From positions 51,770,001-51,834,000 of the forward strand of contig JAGIQG010000011.1 of the NCBI GenBank assembly GCA_024679065.1: DNA of 64,000 bases, written 5' to 3'. The DNA is from Sphyrna mokarran. Its lineage: Eukaryota. The position numbers were made by a program, and so were the translations under genes. The notes beneath the pieces were generated by a model that was not told the DNA's origin, searched no databases, and saw nothing but the letters and a program-made list of their open reading frames with translations. Positions 1 to 12,800 of this stretch are shown here, in pieces; positions within the stretch are counted from its first letter, which is position 1, and every line of letters starts with the position of its first letter.

Positions 1-117
1 ACGGCAGTCAACACCTGTAACTTTGGCAGAAACTCCATTGCCAACTTCCTCCAGTCTTCTGCTAATAATACCATTGAGCAGAGTAGGAGCAATCCACAGA
101 GATTCTTGGCATTGGAC
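1..117 (-). CDS. Internal coding exon of an unidentified gene, running off the window edge: VQCQESLWIAPTLLNGIISRRLEEVGNGVSAKVTGVDCR
   Basis: Minus-strand acceptor atctctttcag|GTC at 118-119. Open frame in phase 0, matching the phase of the exon at 1160-1258. Confidence 0.75.
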
Positions 118-1159
118 CTGAAAGAGATATAATAGGATGAAATCTGATACAACTAGGCCAAAAAGATAATCTGCTGTTTAAAAATATCCATTACAGGATT
201 GAAGAATAATTTGAAGTGGCTGTGCACTCTATCTACCCTTGATGAATAAAATGCTTATTGCCAATTAATTGTAAATAAAGGCATTAATTATTTTAACCTT
301 TAAAGCTTCTGATCACTTTGAAGCTTTGTGACCATACCAAAGTGCCAGTTGGCATGGTGCAAGACTGTATAGATTCCAATATGCGGACCACTGCAAAATA
401 GAATATTAGTTCCCCCAAGAAGTAATGCATTGTGTAAATGGCAAACCATCAGAAAAATTGGTTTCTATATGATATTATCTATTCATGGGTACTGCTGTGA
501 AACTGTTCAGAGGGAAAAGATACATTGAAGAACAATCCAAATTGTAACAATTTGCCCTTTGGGAAAAAGTTGTGTTTATCTCCATTACAAATAACAGCAT
601 AATAGTCAAATAAAAGCAAATGAACAATTGTATACAGTAGTGGATTCCTATCTATTTTTTAATCGATGTTTGGCAGTGTCTTTTAATTTTTTTCTGCTAT
701 ACATGCAACTTCAGATTTTTTACTTAGTAGCCTCAGGTTAGCAACAGGAGTTCACAATAGCATTTCTGAATTTGCACCACTATCTTTCCCCTTATTTATT
801 TAAACGTTACTTAATGGAGCAAAGTTAATGCTATTGCTCCTCATCACTCATAAACCATTGAGCTCAATTTTTTTTACCCATTTTTAGTCAATGGATGGAT
901 AATACCTTGCACTGGGAAAAGAATTAATGAGATTAACAGAACAAACATCTGTCCATTATCAATTAAGCAATTAAACTTTGGCTTAATTCGTATCCTGTGG
1001 CTGAGAAGCCCAATCTCAGTGGTGGCTAATACTTTACACAGCTAACCACATCTCTAATGAGATTTTTCATTTCTCAGATAAATCATTTAATGAAAATGCT
1101 CCAGAGAAGCACCAGATTTGTTCCCAGTTTGGTAAGGAGTGAGCAGGAAAGAAACTTAC

Positions 1160-1258
1160 ATTTTGTCCAGGTCCCTTCATGCTGTCCACTAGTGACCAAG
1201 GCTCATCAGAGCTTCTAAAGAAGTAAATAATGTTGCCGATATCCCTCCCCATCCCCTG
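1160..1258 (-). CDS. Internal coding exon, 99 nt: QGMGRDIGNIIYFFRSSDEPWSLVDSMKGPGQN
   Basis: Acceptor ttgttcttcag|CAG (NAGNAG; alternative start 1255) and strong donor AAT|gtaagt at 1159-1154. Phase 0/0, no stops. Confidence 0.8.
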
Positions 1259-1671
1259 CTGAAGAACAATGGCTTCAAGCCATTAAAATCAATGATAAAC
1301 ATGTGACCAAATTGTTCCTATATCACTAAGAGGAAGTACGGTAAAGTGGGCCAGAGTAGCACCATGACCTTTCCATCTTTGAGATCTTTTGGGAATGTTT
1401 TTCTCTCTGCTGGCTTTAAGTTCTCAACTGGAAATTAGTTTGGCCATCTTGAACCATGATGCTGGAAGGTAACAATGCATAATTATATATAATTTAATAG
1501 ATAAAATACCCACAGACATTTTGGAGGTCAAAAAAATCATAGAAGTGCAGTGAGTGGCTTGCTGAGTAATTTTGATCATTTTTTTTAGTTTCCAACTAGT
1601 TCCTGCCAGGTTATAAGATGTCTGACAGTTTGTGATAAGGTTCTTGTATTTTTGCCCATATGTTGATTTAC

Positions 1672-1817
1672 TGGCACACTATTAGCACAATATCTCCCCT
1701 CTAAACGTGTGGACATTAGGAAATGTGTGAATATTTGCAAAGAGTCCTCGGGGTGTGTCAGTTTATTCAGGAGAATGACACTTAGAAAAGGTTTGAACAC
1801 CAGCACATCCCTGAAGC
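1672..1817 (-). CDS. Internal coding exon, 146 nt: (x)FRDVLVFKPFLSVILLNKLTHPEDSLQIFTHFLMSTRLEGRYCANSVP
   Basis: Acceptor tttcatctattttag|GC, donor CCA|gtaaat. Phase 1/0, joins in frame to 1258. Overlaps supplied ORF 1585-1806. Confidence 0.6.
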
Positions 1818-2435
1818 CTAAAATAGATGAAACTTAACTTGTACCTTATCTGACCTGGAAATAACTGAGGCCCCAAAATGTTCTATTCCCAGAAAATATC
1901 ACTCAAAAAGTAAATACAAACATCTTAAGTTCAAAATTTTCAGCAAAAGAACAACTAAGACTAATGATTTGGATTATTTGCTTGTGGACGAATTGATTTA
2001 ATGTACCTTAATACATGGCAGGTTTGATTTTGTTGGTTTATATATAGTAGGTTGGTTTAATTTACTTCAATTAGGGGTTGATAGATGTCAGTGTTTTAAC
2101 ATATATTAAATTAGCAGTAGCCTTCATGTAAATTGGTGTACCATATGCATTAACTTGTGATTTGTTTAGTAAAAGATAACCCAATCTTTATTAATCAGTG
2201 GATGCTTTAGTGTGAAGTTTTGTTTAATCCATCGTAATTTTTTAAATTCTTCTATGGGATGTGGGCATCCCTGGTAATGCCAGCATTTATCGCTCATCCC
2301 AAATTGTCCTTAAGAAGATAGTGCTGACCTGCCATCTTGAACCTTTACTGTCTATGTGGTGTAGGTGGACCCACAGTGCTGTTAGGGAGGGATTAAAACA
2401 TTTGGACCCAGTGACAGCAAAGAAACATTGATGTA

Positions 2436-2553
2436 GGCCAGAATTCTTTGGTCTTGCACATCCCACCACCACTGTCAGTGTTCAACCAAATCTCCCTTTC
2501 ACAGCAGCGGGACTGGAGAACCCAATCATGTGTGAGGTTGAAGAATCCTGGCC
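2436..2553. mobile_element. MITE, PIF/Harbinger-like
   Basis: TIRs GGCCAGAATTCTT ... AAGAATCCTGGCC with 3-bp flanks GTA/ATA. Interrupts the LINE. Confidence 0.75.
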
Positions 2554-2749
2554 ATAGTTCCAAGTCAGAATGGTGCATGGCTTAGAAGGAAACTTGGTGA
2601 TGCTCCTTTGCATCTGTTGCCCTTGTCCTTTGAGGTGGTAGATGTCATGGGGTTTAGAAGATGCAGTCAAAGAAGCTTTAGTGAGTTGCTGCCATATATT
2701 TTGTAGACCGAGAACACTGCTGCCACTGCACATTGGTGGTGGAGGAATT

Positions 2750-3085
2750 GAACAAAGAACAAAAAACAAAGAACAACACAGTACTGGAAATAGGCTCTTA
2801 GGCCCAACAAGCCCGCACTGCCATTTTAACAGCATGAGTTCCCACTTCCATCCATGATCCTTGTCTATGTTTATGGAAATCCACATTGGAAACCAGATTG
2901 GGGAGACAATTTAGGGACAATCTGTTTCACCAATCAGCCTAAGAGCACATCTTTGGGATGTGGAAGGAAACCGGAGTACCTGGAGAAAACCCACGCAACC
3001 ACAGGAAAATGTGCAAACTCCCACAGATACTAGCCCAAATCCATGTAACTGCACAGCAAACAGTGATAGTCACTGAGCTGTCATG
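2750..3085 (-). mobile_element. V-SINE variant with CR1-type (TTCTTTG)n tail
   Basis: V-core GAGTTTGCACATTTTCCTGTGGTTGCGTGGGTTTTCTCCAGG. Highly similar to 43039-43372. Confidence 0.8.
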
Positions 3086-3901
3086 TTAAGGTGGTGGATG
3101 AGGTACCAAACAAATGGGCTGCTTTGTTCTGGATGGTATCAAGTTACTTAAGTGTTGTTGGAGCTGCACTAATCTATGCAAGTGGCAGATATTCTATCGC
3201 ACTCCTGACTTGTGCCCTGTAGATAGTGGGCAGGCTTTGGGGAATCAGAAGGTGAATTATTCTCTACAAAATTCCTAGCCTCTAACCTGCTCTTGTAGCC
3301 ACAGAATTTATATGGCCAGTCCACTTCAGTTTTTGGTCAACAGTAACCCCAGCATGTTGTTAGAGGGGATTTTTCATTGGTAATACCACTGAATGTCAAG
3401 GGGAAATAGTTTGATTCTTTCTAGTTCAGGATTGTCATTGCCTGGCACTTGTACAGTCTGAATGTTACTTGTCACTTATCAGCCCAAGCTTGACTTTTGG
3501 CCCACGGCTTGCTACATATGGGCACCAGTTGCTTCAGTATTTGAGAAATTATGAATGTGCAAGCATCAACAAACATCCTCACTTCTGACCTTACAGTGGA
3601 GGGAAGGTCATTGATGAACCAGCTGAAGGTGGTTGGGCCTAAGATACTATTCTGAGGATCTTTTGTTCTGAGACTAAGATGATTGACCTCCAACCACCAT
3701 AACCAGCCTCCTCTGTGCTGAGTATGACTCCAGCCAGTGGAGAGCTTTCTCTCTGATTCTCATTCACTCCAATTTTGCTAGGATTCCTTGATCAGTCAAA
3801 TGCAATCTTGGTGTCAAGGACGGTCAGTCTCATCTCAGTTCTTGAGTTCAGCTCTTTTGTCCATGTTTGGACCAAAATTTTTATGAAGCTGCATTATTTT
3901 A

Positions 3902-4663
3902 GGACGTGGAATTTTTCATTCTCTATATGGAGTGTTAGCTGAGGCAAGAAAACCAGTATACAACTCGTAGGCTGCACAACCAACTTTTCTGTCCAGATAA
4001 TCCGGCACCCTGTTCAGCAAAAATCTGGAGGTGTGACCCGTACTGTCATGCTGGTGGGCCAGGGCCAGGAAAAGCCAAAATCACTGATAGAAAGAACAGA
4101 ACCCTCTCCCCCACTTCCATCACCCAACATGCACACAAAGATACCTCCTCCTCTTGGGCATGGGGGCATCCCCACAGACAAAAAGAATCCCCAGCCCACA
4201 TAGGTACAAGGGAAACCCCTCTCAAATGGAACTCATCAGCGTTCAGTGTCAGAGGACCAGCGGGCAGTGCCAGGATGCTGTTCTGGGGGAAATGCCACAG
4301 TACTGCCCGAGTACGCCCTCCTCAGTTCGGGGGCTAAAATTACCTGTGCAGTCCCAGCAGGTTCCCTTCGCCTAGTTCAGGTTTTGAAGAAGCAGTTGTA
4401 AATATTGCCAAAATGACATTCCATCAGCAAGGGCAAATTTCCAAATGGGAGGGAGACGATATGGTGGGAAAGCCTACTAATTATATTTAAATTTATTGAA
4501 ATGAGATTCCGAATCTTCCTGCAGAAACCCCGTTATGTTACTGGCGAGAGGCAGGGAGACTCGACAAACAAAATCTTGCTGGTGAGATTCTTGTTTCCTA
4601 AGTCCCATGATATTTTGCATCCATGTTACTCTTTGCACTCAATGTGGGTGCAAAATTGTGGCC
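3902..4663. mobile_element. Decayed non-autonomous DNA transposon, Harbinger-like
   Basis: GC-richer block bounded by imperfect inverted ends (GGACGTGGAATTTT / AAAATTGTGGCC). Composition resembles the other shark MITE-like repeats here. Confidence 0.45.
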
Positions 4664-5404
4664 TAGATATATTAGGGGGTGAAATAAACCTTAGATGCTA
4701 ACATGGAATAAGCCAATGTAAATAGAAAGCCTGTTTTACACCACGCCCAGTTTTGAAGTCAATGGAATCATGGAGCTGATTCCCTTTTATGCTATCACCA
4801 AAAAGCAATTACACCACCAAAATATCTGTAAACAAATTACATTTGAGAAAAATTGCTGTGAATAACTTGATGTTGACAGTATTTTGGTTTAACATTAATA
4901 TGTTACAATATAAGAGAAACACTATGCAAGTTGAATAAATTTGATTTCATGATTAATATGACAATTTATCAAGGATGTTAATTTAAGAAAATGGGTTATT
5001 CAACCGTGACTACATTTCTACTTTTGCAATACATAATGTGTTACAAATAGCAGCTTGTTGACAGGAGTTGGTGCACTATAAAGAATCAGTAGTATCTTAT
5101 AATTCATAGAATTTAATTTGATGTAATTCTCAAATAGGCTGAGTCTGGTGCTGTGCATGAAATGATGTGTAATGGCTTCATCTCCATGTAATCAAATATC
5201 CTATTTGAAAGACGGTTGCCTAAGGTCACCAGATAGAAATTTAGATTGCAGCACTTAAATAATAGTAAGCAAAGTAAATGAGAAGTTGTGCATTGTGGTT
5301 AAACGCATTCACACATTGCTATAACACCAACCTTTAGAAGTTTGAATTTATATTTTTTTTTTGCATGTGTTTCAGGTTTATATTTGCTGAATATATTAAG
5401 ATCT

Positions 5405-6468
5405 GGGGTGCGATCTTACTTGCGGTTCACACCACACTCCCACTGCAGTGAGGTTAGAGAATTTGGCGGCCAGCCAAATCTCCATTCCCTGCGGCCAGAA
5501 TTTCCTCTTCCGGCAGCATGAACGGCAGTAAGATTCTGGTCCTGATTGTACTCAGACACAGATTAGGGCAGGGCAGGGGAGCTGGCACTCTCCACCCGCA
5601 AGAATGGCAATGCTCAAATTCAAGAAAGCGCTGTTTGCGCCAGTGAGTTTCTGAGTTTCTGATCCTATTGATGCCTTGCAGGAGAGTGGCGTGAAACACA
5701 CAAAGTTCATTTTATTATATTAGCATGTCATTAACAAGCACTCTTTCTGGGGCTTCCTCACTTACCAGATATTCAGTGGAACAGGCATGCCATCATGCCG
5801 GCGCCATTTATAACATGGACATCTAGACGTGAACCCATTGTGGGGAGTCACCTGGGGTGGGGAGAGGCATGTAAAGGTAAATATAGCTGAACCCCGGAGG
5901 AGAGAGACATGACCAGGCAGTGTCCTGCCCGCTGCATGGAACCAAGTTAGTTCTATGGCAAACTGACAGTATCAGCTTGGCAGTGAATCTGTCTCAAGGA
6001 CTGGACACCAGTGAGAACCTCATAGGGAAGGAGTGGGTGCAGGGGATTCATTCAGATTGCTTGTACATCAGGATTGGATGGAGGAGCAAAGGATGCCAGC
6101 GATTGGCTGTTGTGGAGTAGTTCTCAGCTCCAATTGTGGGTGGTGAAGGAGGGGGATAAAAATGATGATGATTGAGGGGAGGGTGTTAAGAGGTGGAGAA
6201 GTACAGAGTCTGAGCGGGATGCGGAGTGCAACCCCTGGGGTCCCTGTGGTGGGGTGGAAGTGGTCGAGGTGCTCTTTAAAGATGATTCCCGATCTCTGTG
6301 CAGACGGGTTTTGCCGGTATATTTAGACCACACCCCACTATATGGTGGTGTGAAACATGCCCTCTTGATCTTTTTTGGCAGAGGTCATTGATCTGGAGAG
6401 AAAACCAATAATACATCAGTTTTCTTGCCAGAAACAACACGTACCATTTTTTTGGTAAGATTTCACCC
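5405..6468. mobile_element. Non-autonomous DNA transposon or MITE cluster, Harbinger-like
   Basis: Terminal inverted match GGGTGCGATCTTAC ... GTAAGATTTCACCC. An internal TIR-like end near 5528-5542. Confidence 0.6.
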
Positions 6469-7280
6469 TACAATGAAATCTGAACAGTGAATAGATGAAG
6501 GATTCAGAATATTATATCTTGATGCCATCCTATACCCAGCTCTCCTTTGATGGCTGTTACTTGAGGAGTACTCTCCTCAAGTTACCTCACCATTATTCTC
6601 TGCCTCAATTGTCACATTTAGAGTAGATTTTTCAGTCTCCTCTTTGTGGGCCTGTCTTCTAACTTCCTCCAAAAATTCTTTAACTCTTTCAAATCTTTAC
6701 GATTTCAAAGTTGTCACCATAAAAGTTTTATTCATTCATCACCTCTGTCCTTGATGAGTTACTCTGTCCTTGGTAGTGGCCTGGTATCCTGGCACTGCCA
6801 GTTGTGAATCCCAGTACAGGCCCCCCTGCTGATGTTACCTTTTTTGAACCATTTTCAGTCACTTCTCCTGACTTTACAACCATGGTTTGTTACTTCTTCC
6901 TCCATGAAGTATTTTGAGGCATTTTTCCATAAGGGTTACCAAGTACCTTTTCTTTATAGCAGCATTATGTGGAACAAAGCATATTGCTGTGCCAAATATT
7001 TTTCAGTTCAAGACTAATGAAGTTAATAAATTTTATGACCCTGTCCGCCCCACATTATATTATGATGCTGAACTAAATGGTTGTTTAAATGGCCTGTCAC
7101 ATCCGCTAGTGGAGACACACCATGCTGGAGCTAACCATAGTAAAAATTCATCTTAGGCAGCGGTATTAAATTGGCAGTATTGGTCTGGCTAGCCATTGTA
7201 TGTAGTGCCTGATTCTCAGTTTTGTTACAGTCAAGGGAACTGGACATCTGGCTCTGCATATAACAGGTGGCTCATTTAAT

Positions 7281-7605
7281 ATAGAATCACAGAACCCCTA
7301 CAGTACAGAAGAAGGCCATTCAGCTCATTGAGCCTGCACCGACCACAATCTCACCCAGGCCCTATCCCGAAATCCCACACATTTACCCTGCTAATTCTGC
7401 TGTCATTAGGGTCAATTTAGTATGGCCAATCCCCTAACCCACACATCTTTTGGACAGTGGGAGGAAACTGAAGCACCCAGAGGAAACCCACGTAGACATG
7501 GGGAAAAAGTGCAAACTTCGCACATACAGTGACTGAGGCCAGAATTGAACCTGGGTCCCCAGCGCTGTGAGCAGCAGTGCTAACCACTGTGCCACCATGC
7601 CACCC
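7281..7605 (-). mobile_element. HE1-type V-SINE, full length
   Basis: tRNA-derived head GGGTGGCATGGTGGCACAGTGGTTAGCACTGCTGCTCACAG...GGTTCAATTC, V-core, CR1-like tail GGCCTTCTTCTGTACTGTAGGGGTTCTGTGATTCTAT. Confidence 0.9.
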
Positions 7606-7983
7606 TACTTGAGATGACTTTCTGCTCCCATGAATTTGCATGAGAAAACCATTTAAAATATAAAATTACATGTGAAAGCCATGGATCTTGTTTGCAGTTG
7701 ATTATGTATTTCAAGCTGTGTATTGACTCTGATAGTAACTAAAATGAGCAATGACTTTGCTATAAATATATATTAATATATGTTAACTTGTTTTTGATTG
7801 GAATTATAATTTAACTCCATATTCATCATGGCCACCATTATCATCCATTACAGCTGTGTGTAATTTACCTCTCCCTCGAATAATCTTAAAGTACCTTCAA
7901 AATGATACCATAAATAGCCATCATGCAATGTTGTGACCTTGATGCCCACAAAAAGATTTTCTTTATTTACATTCTCTTGAGAA

Positions 7984-8273
7984 GCAGCTTGGTGGTTAGC
8001 AACTGCTGCCTCATAGCGCCAGAGATACAAGCTAGATTACCAGTTTGAGTCACTGTCTGTGTAGAGTCTACATGTTCTCCCCATGCCTGCGTGAGTTCCC
8101 TTCGAATGCTCTGGTTTCCCCCACAGGCCAAAAGATGTGTTAGAAAGTTGCATTGGTCATGCTAAATTCCCCCTCGGTGTACTCGAATAGACGCTGGAGT
8201 GTGGCAACTAGGGGATTTGCACATGAACTTCATTACGCTGTTAATGTAAGCCTACTTGTGTCTAATAAATAAA
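7984..8273 (+). mobile_element. V-SINE subfamily with alternative tail (...GTTAATGTAAGCCTACTTGTG...AATAAA)
   Basis: HE1-like head and V-core. Same tail as the copies at 13.9, 20.6, 53.8 and 61.4 kb. Confidence 0.85.
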
Positions 8274-9605
8274 GTTAAGAACTGTAGACTGGCATGTTAA
8301 CACTTGGCTGTTGTTGAATTTTGCCTTGACAATCGGAATGTTTCACCACCTTTACGTTGGTTATTGCAAATTCTAGTCCATAACAACAAAGCTCTTGCTA
8401 TTTGTCTTTCTGTTATTCTTTCACTTAGTGATTCTCTTTGCTTCCATTTTATATTTTATGAAAAGATCTCACAATTTTTTCCGTATGACCTTCATCTGTG
8501 AATCTTATTTTTCCTTCTAATCAATGTACCCATGAAATCATAAGCCTTGGCACTCTCACTTTATTCTTAGTTGTAATGTAACCTTTATTCTACTCATTTC
8601 ATCTTTAATTTTTTTTACTGCTGGTGCTTCATTGAAATAAATTATAATATTTAAATTAAGCTAATGGTCATTTTCATCGGGACCACATCAAACTAGTCTA
8701 TAGACCATCTGGTGATAAAATGGTGCAAGATAGTCCTCAGTCAGGTTATCCAGTCCTTCAGCATCTGTTCTGCTCTTGCGCCCCCAGATGATGACCAGAA
8801 AATATATGTTACAGTGTTTCATAACATCAGCAAGATTGATAGCCTCCACATTTTTGCATCAGAACATTAAAAGAAACCCAGAAAGATATTTAACTATTGG
8901 TTCCGTCCTAACTTACTGGAAAGATAAGTTCCCAAATGTGGAAAGGATTAATACTTAAATAAATGGATTTATATCCGTTTTAAATGTGTACATTACAATG
9001 TATCATTTGCTTTGTGAGATATTTAGAATGGCTTATAGTCACTCAAGGAATATTGTGGGAGTGGGAGGCATCTGTATATTCATGGACATTTAGAATTGAG
9101 TGATAAGTTTGACTGCCCTCTGACTGTATACAGATCTACAATATTTGCAATGAGGATATCTTCGCTGGTCGTTCGCAGTAGGTAACTAACAGATCTTTAA
9201 ACAAACATTAGCATCAGGTGAATTACTAAATGGGTAAATGAAATAATTATTTAGGTGAACGGATTATTAATGACATTTTCTTATAAATTGCTGCACGTTC
9301 GGAATACAATATAGAGTCTGGAGAATATGTATGATCTATCCCTGTCTTTTTTTGTTATCTATTACTTTTAGTTAGCAAATTAAATCATCTATTTCAAAAT
9401 CTGAAAATGGCCAAATTTTCGAAAACATTTTTTCTTTTTAATAAAAATTCTCTGGTTAATAGAGCTGGTTTATGCATTAACTTATTTTCAACTTACAAGT
9501 ACTGAAAGTGGCTAAATTCAGAACTAATTACCAAGGTTCTGTTGGTAATTTTAACTAGGATAATTATTATGCAAAGCATACCCACCCAGAATGTTTGCAT
9601 AACTA

Positions 9606-9818
9606 NNNNNNNNNNNNNNNNNNNNNNNNNNNNNNNNNNNNNNNNNNNNNNNNNNNNNNNNNNNNNNNNNNNNNNNNNNNNNNNNNNNNNNNNNNNNNNN
9701 NNNNNNNNNNNNNNNNNNNNNNNNNNNNNNNNNNNNNNNNNNNNNNNNNNNNNNNNNNNNNNNNNNNNNNNNNNNNNNNNNNNNNNNNNNNNNNNNNNNN
9801 NNNNNNNNNNNNNNNNNN
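9606..9818. other. Assembly gap (213 N)
   Basis: Run of N. Confidence 1.
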
Positions 9819-12800
9819 CAAGCTGCAGGGCGACGGAGCGACTCTTCTGTGACCAGATGTGGTAGAAGTAGTAGAGAACACTAACAGACCCTGCAGTGTC
9901 CAAAAATACTGTGTTAAGACTCCAGTGATAGGTGCCATTGGCTGATACTACCTCTATCTGGAATTGTGAATTAAATTGTTACTGAATATTAAATAAATAA
10001 CATGAAGTAAATATTAGCCTTTAAGTCACAATATCTTTCTGCTTTAAAATTGCAGGGAATCCTCTAGCCATTTTGATTTTTATTTTTATTAAAAGTAATA
10101 GATGCATTTTTTCAAATATTATTTTTTATTCCATGACTACATTAAAAGACACTTACAGTAGAGTTTAATGCTATCTACACCCAACTACCTGCCAGAAATC
10201 TGATAAGAAGCTAGTGCTATTTAACTAAAATCAATGTAACAAACTGACTATGCAGTTCCAGTTTTATGGCCAAATATGTAACGTATCAATATTCCACTAG
10301 TTTTATTATGACTTTTCCATGCTGATTTGATAAGTGATCCAGATAAAATGGTTGGCATTGCTGGCAAAACTGATGAAAGGTGTGTGTAACCTTTATTCAA
10401 ATCAGGAGGTGTGCAACAGATTTTCTACTTTTGTGGAATATTAACAGATTGCTTCTTCATATCTGGTTTGACACAATTTTAAGAAGTATTTTGCCTCATG
10501 AAGAGTCATTACCATTGGGCCTCTAGATCATTTTGATTGATTGAAAACTTGTTTTAGTGTGAAACAAAATGATTAAGTGTGAATCTCTCTTGTCAGTTTC
10601 ACAATCTCAGCTCCAGCAACAGAAGAAGGCATTCAAAAGGAGCGAGAAGAGAAGGACATTTTTAGGATTGTTGCACTGAACAGAGCTGACTCAAGGTTAG
10701 CACCAACTGAAGTTTACAAACAGATCATGTGGCTATCATCTTGGACAAAGAGTTATGCAGCTGAAGAGAGTGAATAAAATAAATTGAGTAAGATTTGCAT
10801 AAGCACGCTGTGACACTGAAAAGTCGATCACATGTTCCTGACTGTAATCTCCCACCTCACTCAGTTCCTAATCTTAACTTTGTCAGTGCAAGTAGGTGTT
10901 GCCTAAAACCTCCAGTAGAGATAAACTGTGCTTGCTGATATTATATTCACAAGTTACTGACTTTTTGCACCACTCTCGATTTGTAGAACTGTGAACATCT
11001 GTTATAGGCATGTGACCGAGGTTCTTCTTCCTAGCAGGTGACATTTTTATCATTATGGAAGAGCCAACCTCCATCCTGACTCCTTTTCAATAGTTAATAA
11101 TTCAAATTCTGCTCTGCAATTATTCCTAAAATAATGTGATGACGAAGCAGGTTGCAATTGTTTCACACTCTCAAAATGCTGAGACCATTTTGCAACAGGG
11201 CACAATGGTCATTGTTACTGTAGAAAGGGAGATAATCAGCCATTCATCCATCTTTAAACAGTCAGTTCAGAGTGTCCAGGACAAGGTTAGTTCCAGCTAG
11301 TCTATGCGCATGGTGAATAGGAAGAGGGGAGAAACTCTGATAATAGTGGGTTTGTTAGCTCATAGACTGTGATAGCTGCCACATTGGACTTCATTTGTAG
11401 GAAAAATCTCATATTTTAATCACAATTTTAATACCTCCTTAAAATTTGTGTGTTGATTTTCTTATGACAACTAAAAGGAAAAGGGGAAAATAGATTACCA
11501 AATACTTTCTGTTAGACAAGTTGGCAATCTGTAAAAAGTCCAAAGTGCTTCTTGTTTACCTCAATGTTATCATAAATTTCAATAATAAATACCTTTAGTT
11601 TATTGACAGAAACATCAATTGCTGAATTATTATCCAGACCTGTATAAGTTTAGTGAGATTTAAGTAAATTAGAAATATATGACTTGAACTTTAACTTTAA
11701 CTTTAAAATGAATGTTGTGAAGATTTCATTTGTTATTGTCGATAATGACCTAAACAGGCTAGCAAGTGGGAGTCTGCGTGTGTTGATTTTTTTTTGGAAC
11801 AATTGAATACTGAGGAATCAAAGGTACAAGCTGTTATGAATAATAGATCTTAAATATTCTTGAAAATTAAACTGCTTACAATAGATTTACAAGAAAGTGT
11901 GAATTGTCATGGATTAATAATTTACCACAATTTAGGATCAGACTTCATACTCAGACAGAGGATAGGTTATTCAATAACAAGCCATATTATCTCATTCATC
12001 ATTGCTCACCTCAGGTACTTTAGTCTGCAGAGAGCACCTTCTTCAATTTCTGTTAATATATTGTGAACTGTTGTGAAATCAATTGAAAAAGGGCCCTAGT
12101 GCTTACTTAGTGTTATTTGAGTAGATTGTGTTGCACGGTGCACCCATTATGGGTTTACTTTTGGTTAAAGAGAAAATCATTGCTGATGTATTTGCACAAA
12201 TTGTTAACCTTCAGCAAGAGGTATTTTATCACAAAATCCTGTATTTTTTGCATGTTTCCTAATCAAAATGCATGAAATTATCATTGGTATTATTTATATA
12301 TACATATGAGTTTGAGTTAAAATGATATATAATATGAGGTCAAAGCTCACGTATAATAGTTGATTTGGAACCATCTGGAGTGCGTATCTTTTTAACCATG
12401 CTTGGATGAGTTGGCCAGCAACCCAATAGAGCAGCATACAATAAAATCTGAGCAATTTGATTAACTCACTGTTCAGAACATTATTCCATCTCTCTTATTT
12501 ACCCAATAACTCAATCAAAAACATGCCCAGTATAGTTGTTCTACATCACATCATGTGAACAACACATGTAGACCTTTATTGTCAGACTCTGCTGAGCTTC
12601 TAATAATAATAATCTATATAGTTCTTATGATTTTGTAGTAGAAATTTGTACTGTAATGGGATTTACCCATTTTAATGCTTTATTTTCATTAAGAAACTGT
12701 CAAAACAATGAAAATGCTGGCTCATTTGGGATTTAACTCACGAGACCACAATCCCATGGGCTTTCTATATATTTTGTTTTACGCTAATCTCTTAACAGTG

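Larger units (their letters stand above)
2240..3880 (-). mobile_element. 5'-truncated, degenerate CR1/L2-group LINE (RT C-terminal region plus 3' end), interrupted by a MITE and a SINE
   Basis: ORF 3472-3693 reads PQNSILGPTTFSWFINDLP...MFVDAC, a decayed PQGSxLGP...FINDL...FADD RT motif. 3' tail near 2245-2300. Confidence 0.85.

Noticed and set aside
7550-7605. tRNA-like sequences at SINE heads
   Set aside because: They are the tRNA-derived heads of V-SINEs, continuous with the SINE bodies, not tRNA genes.
8694-8913. Minus-strand frame with an in-frame TGA (possible selenocysteine)
   Set aside because: No start or splice support, no recognisable selenoprotein motif and no SECIS seen.
9493-9938. 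ORFs spanning the N run
   Set aside because: Artefacts of translating the assembly gap.
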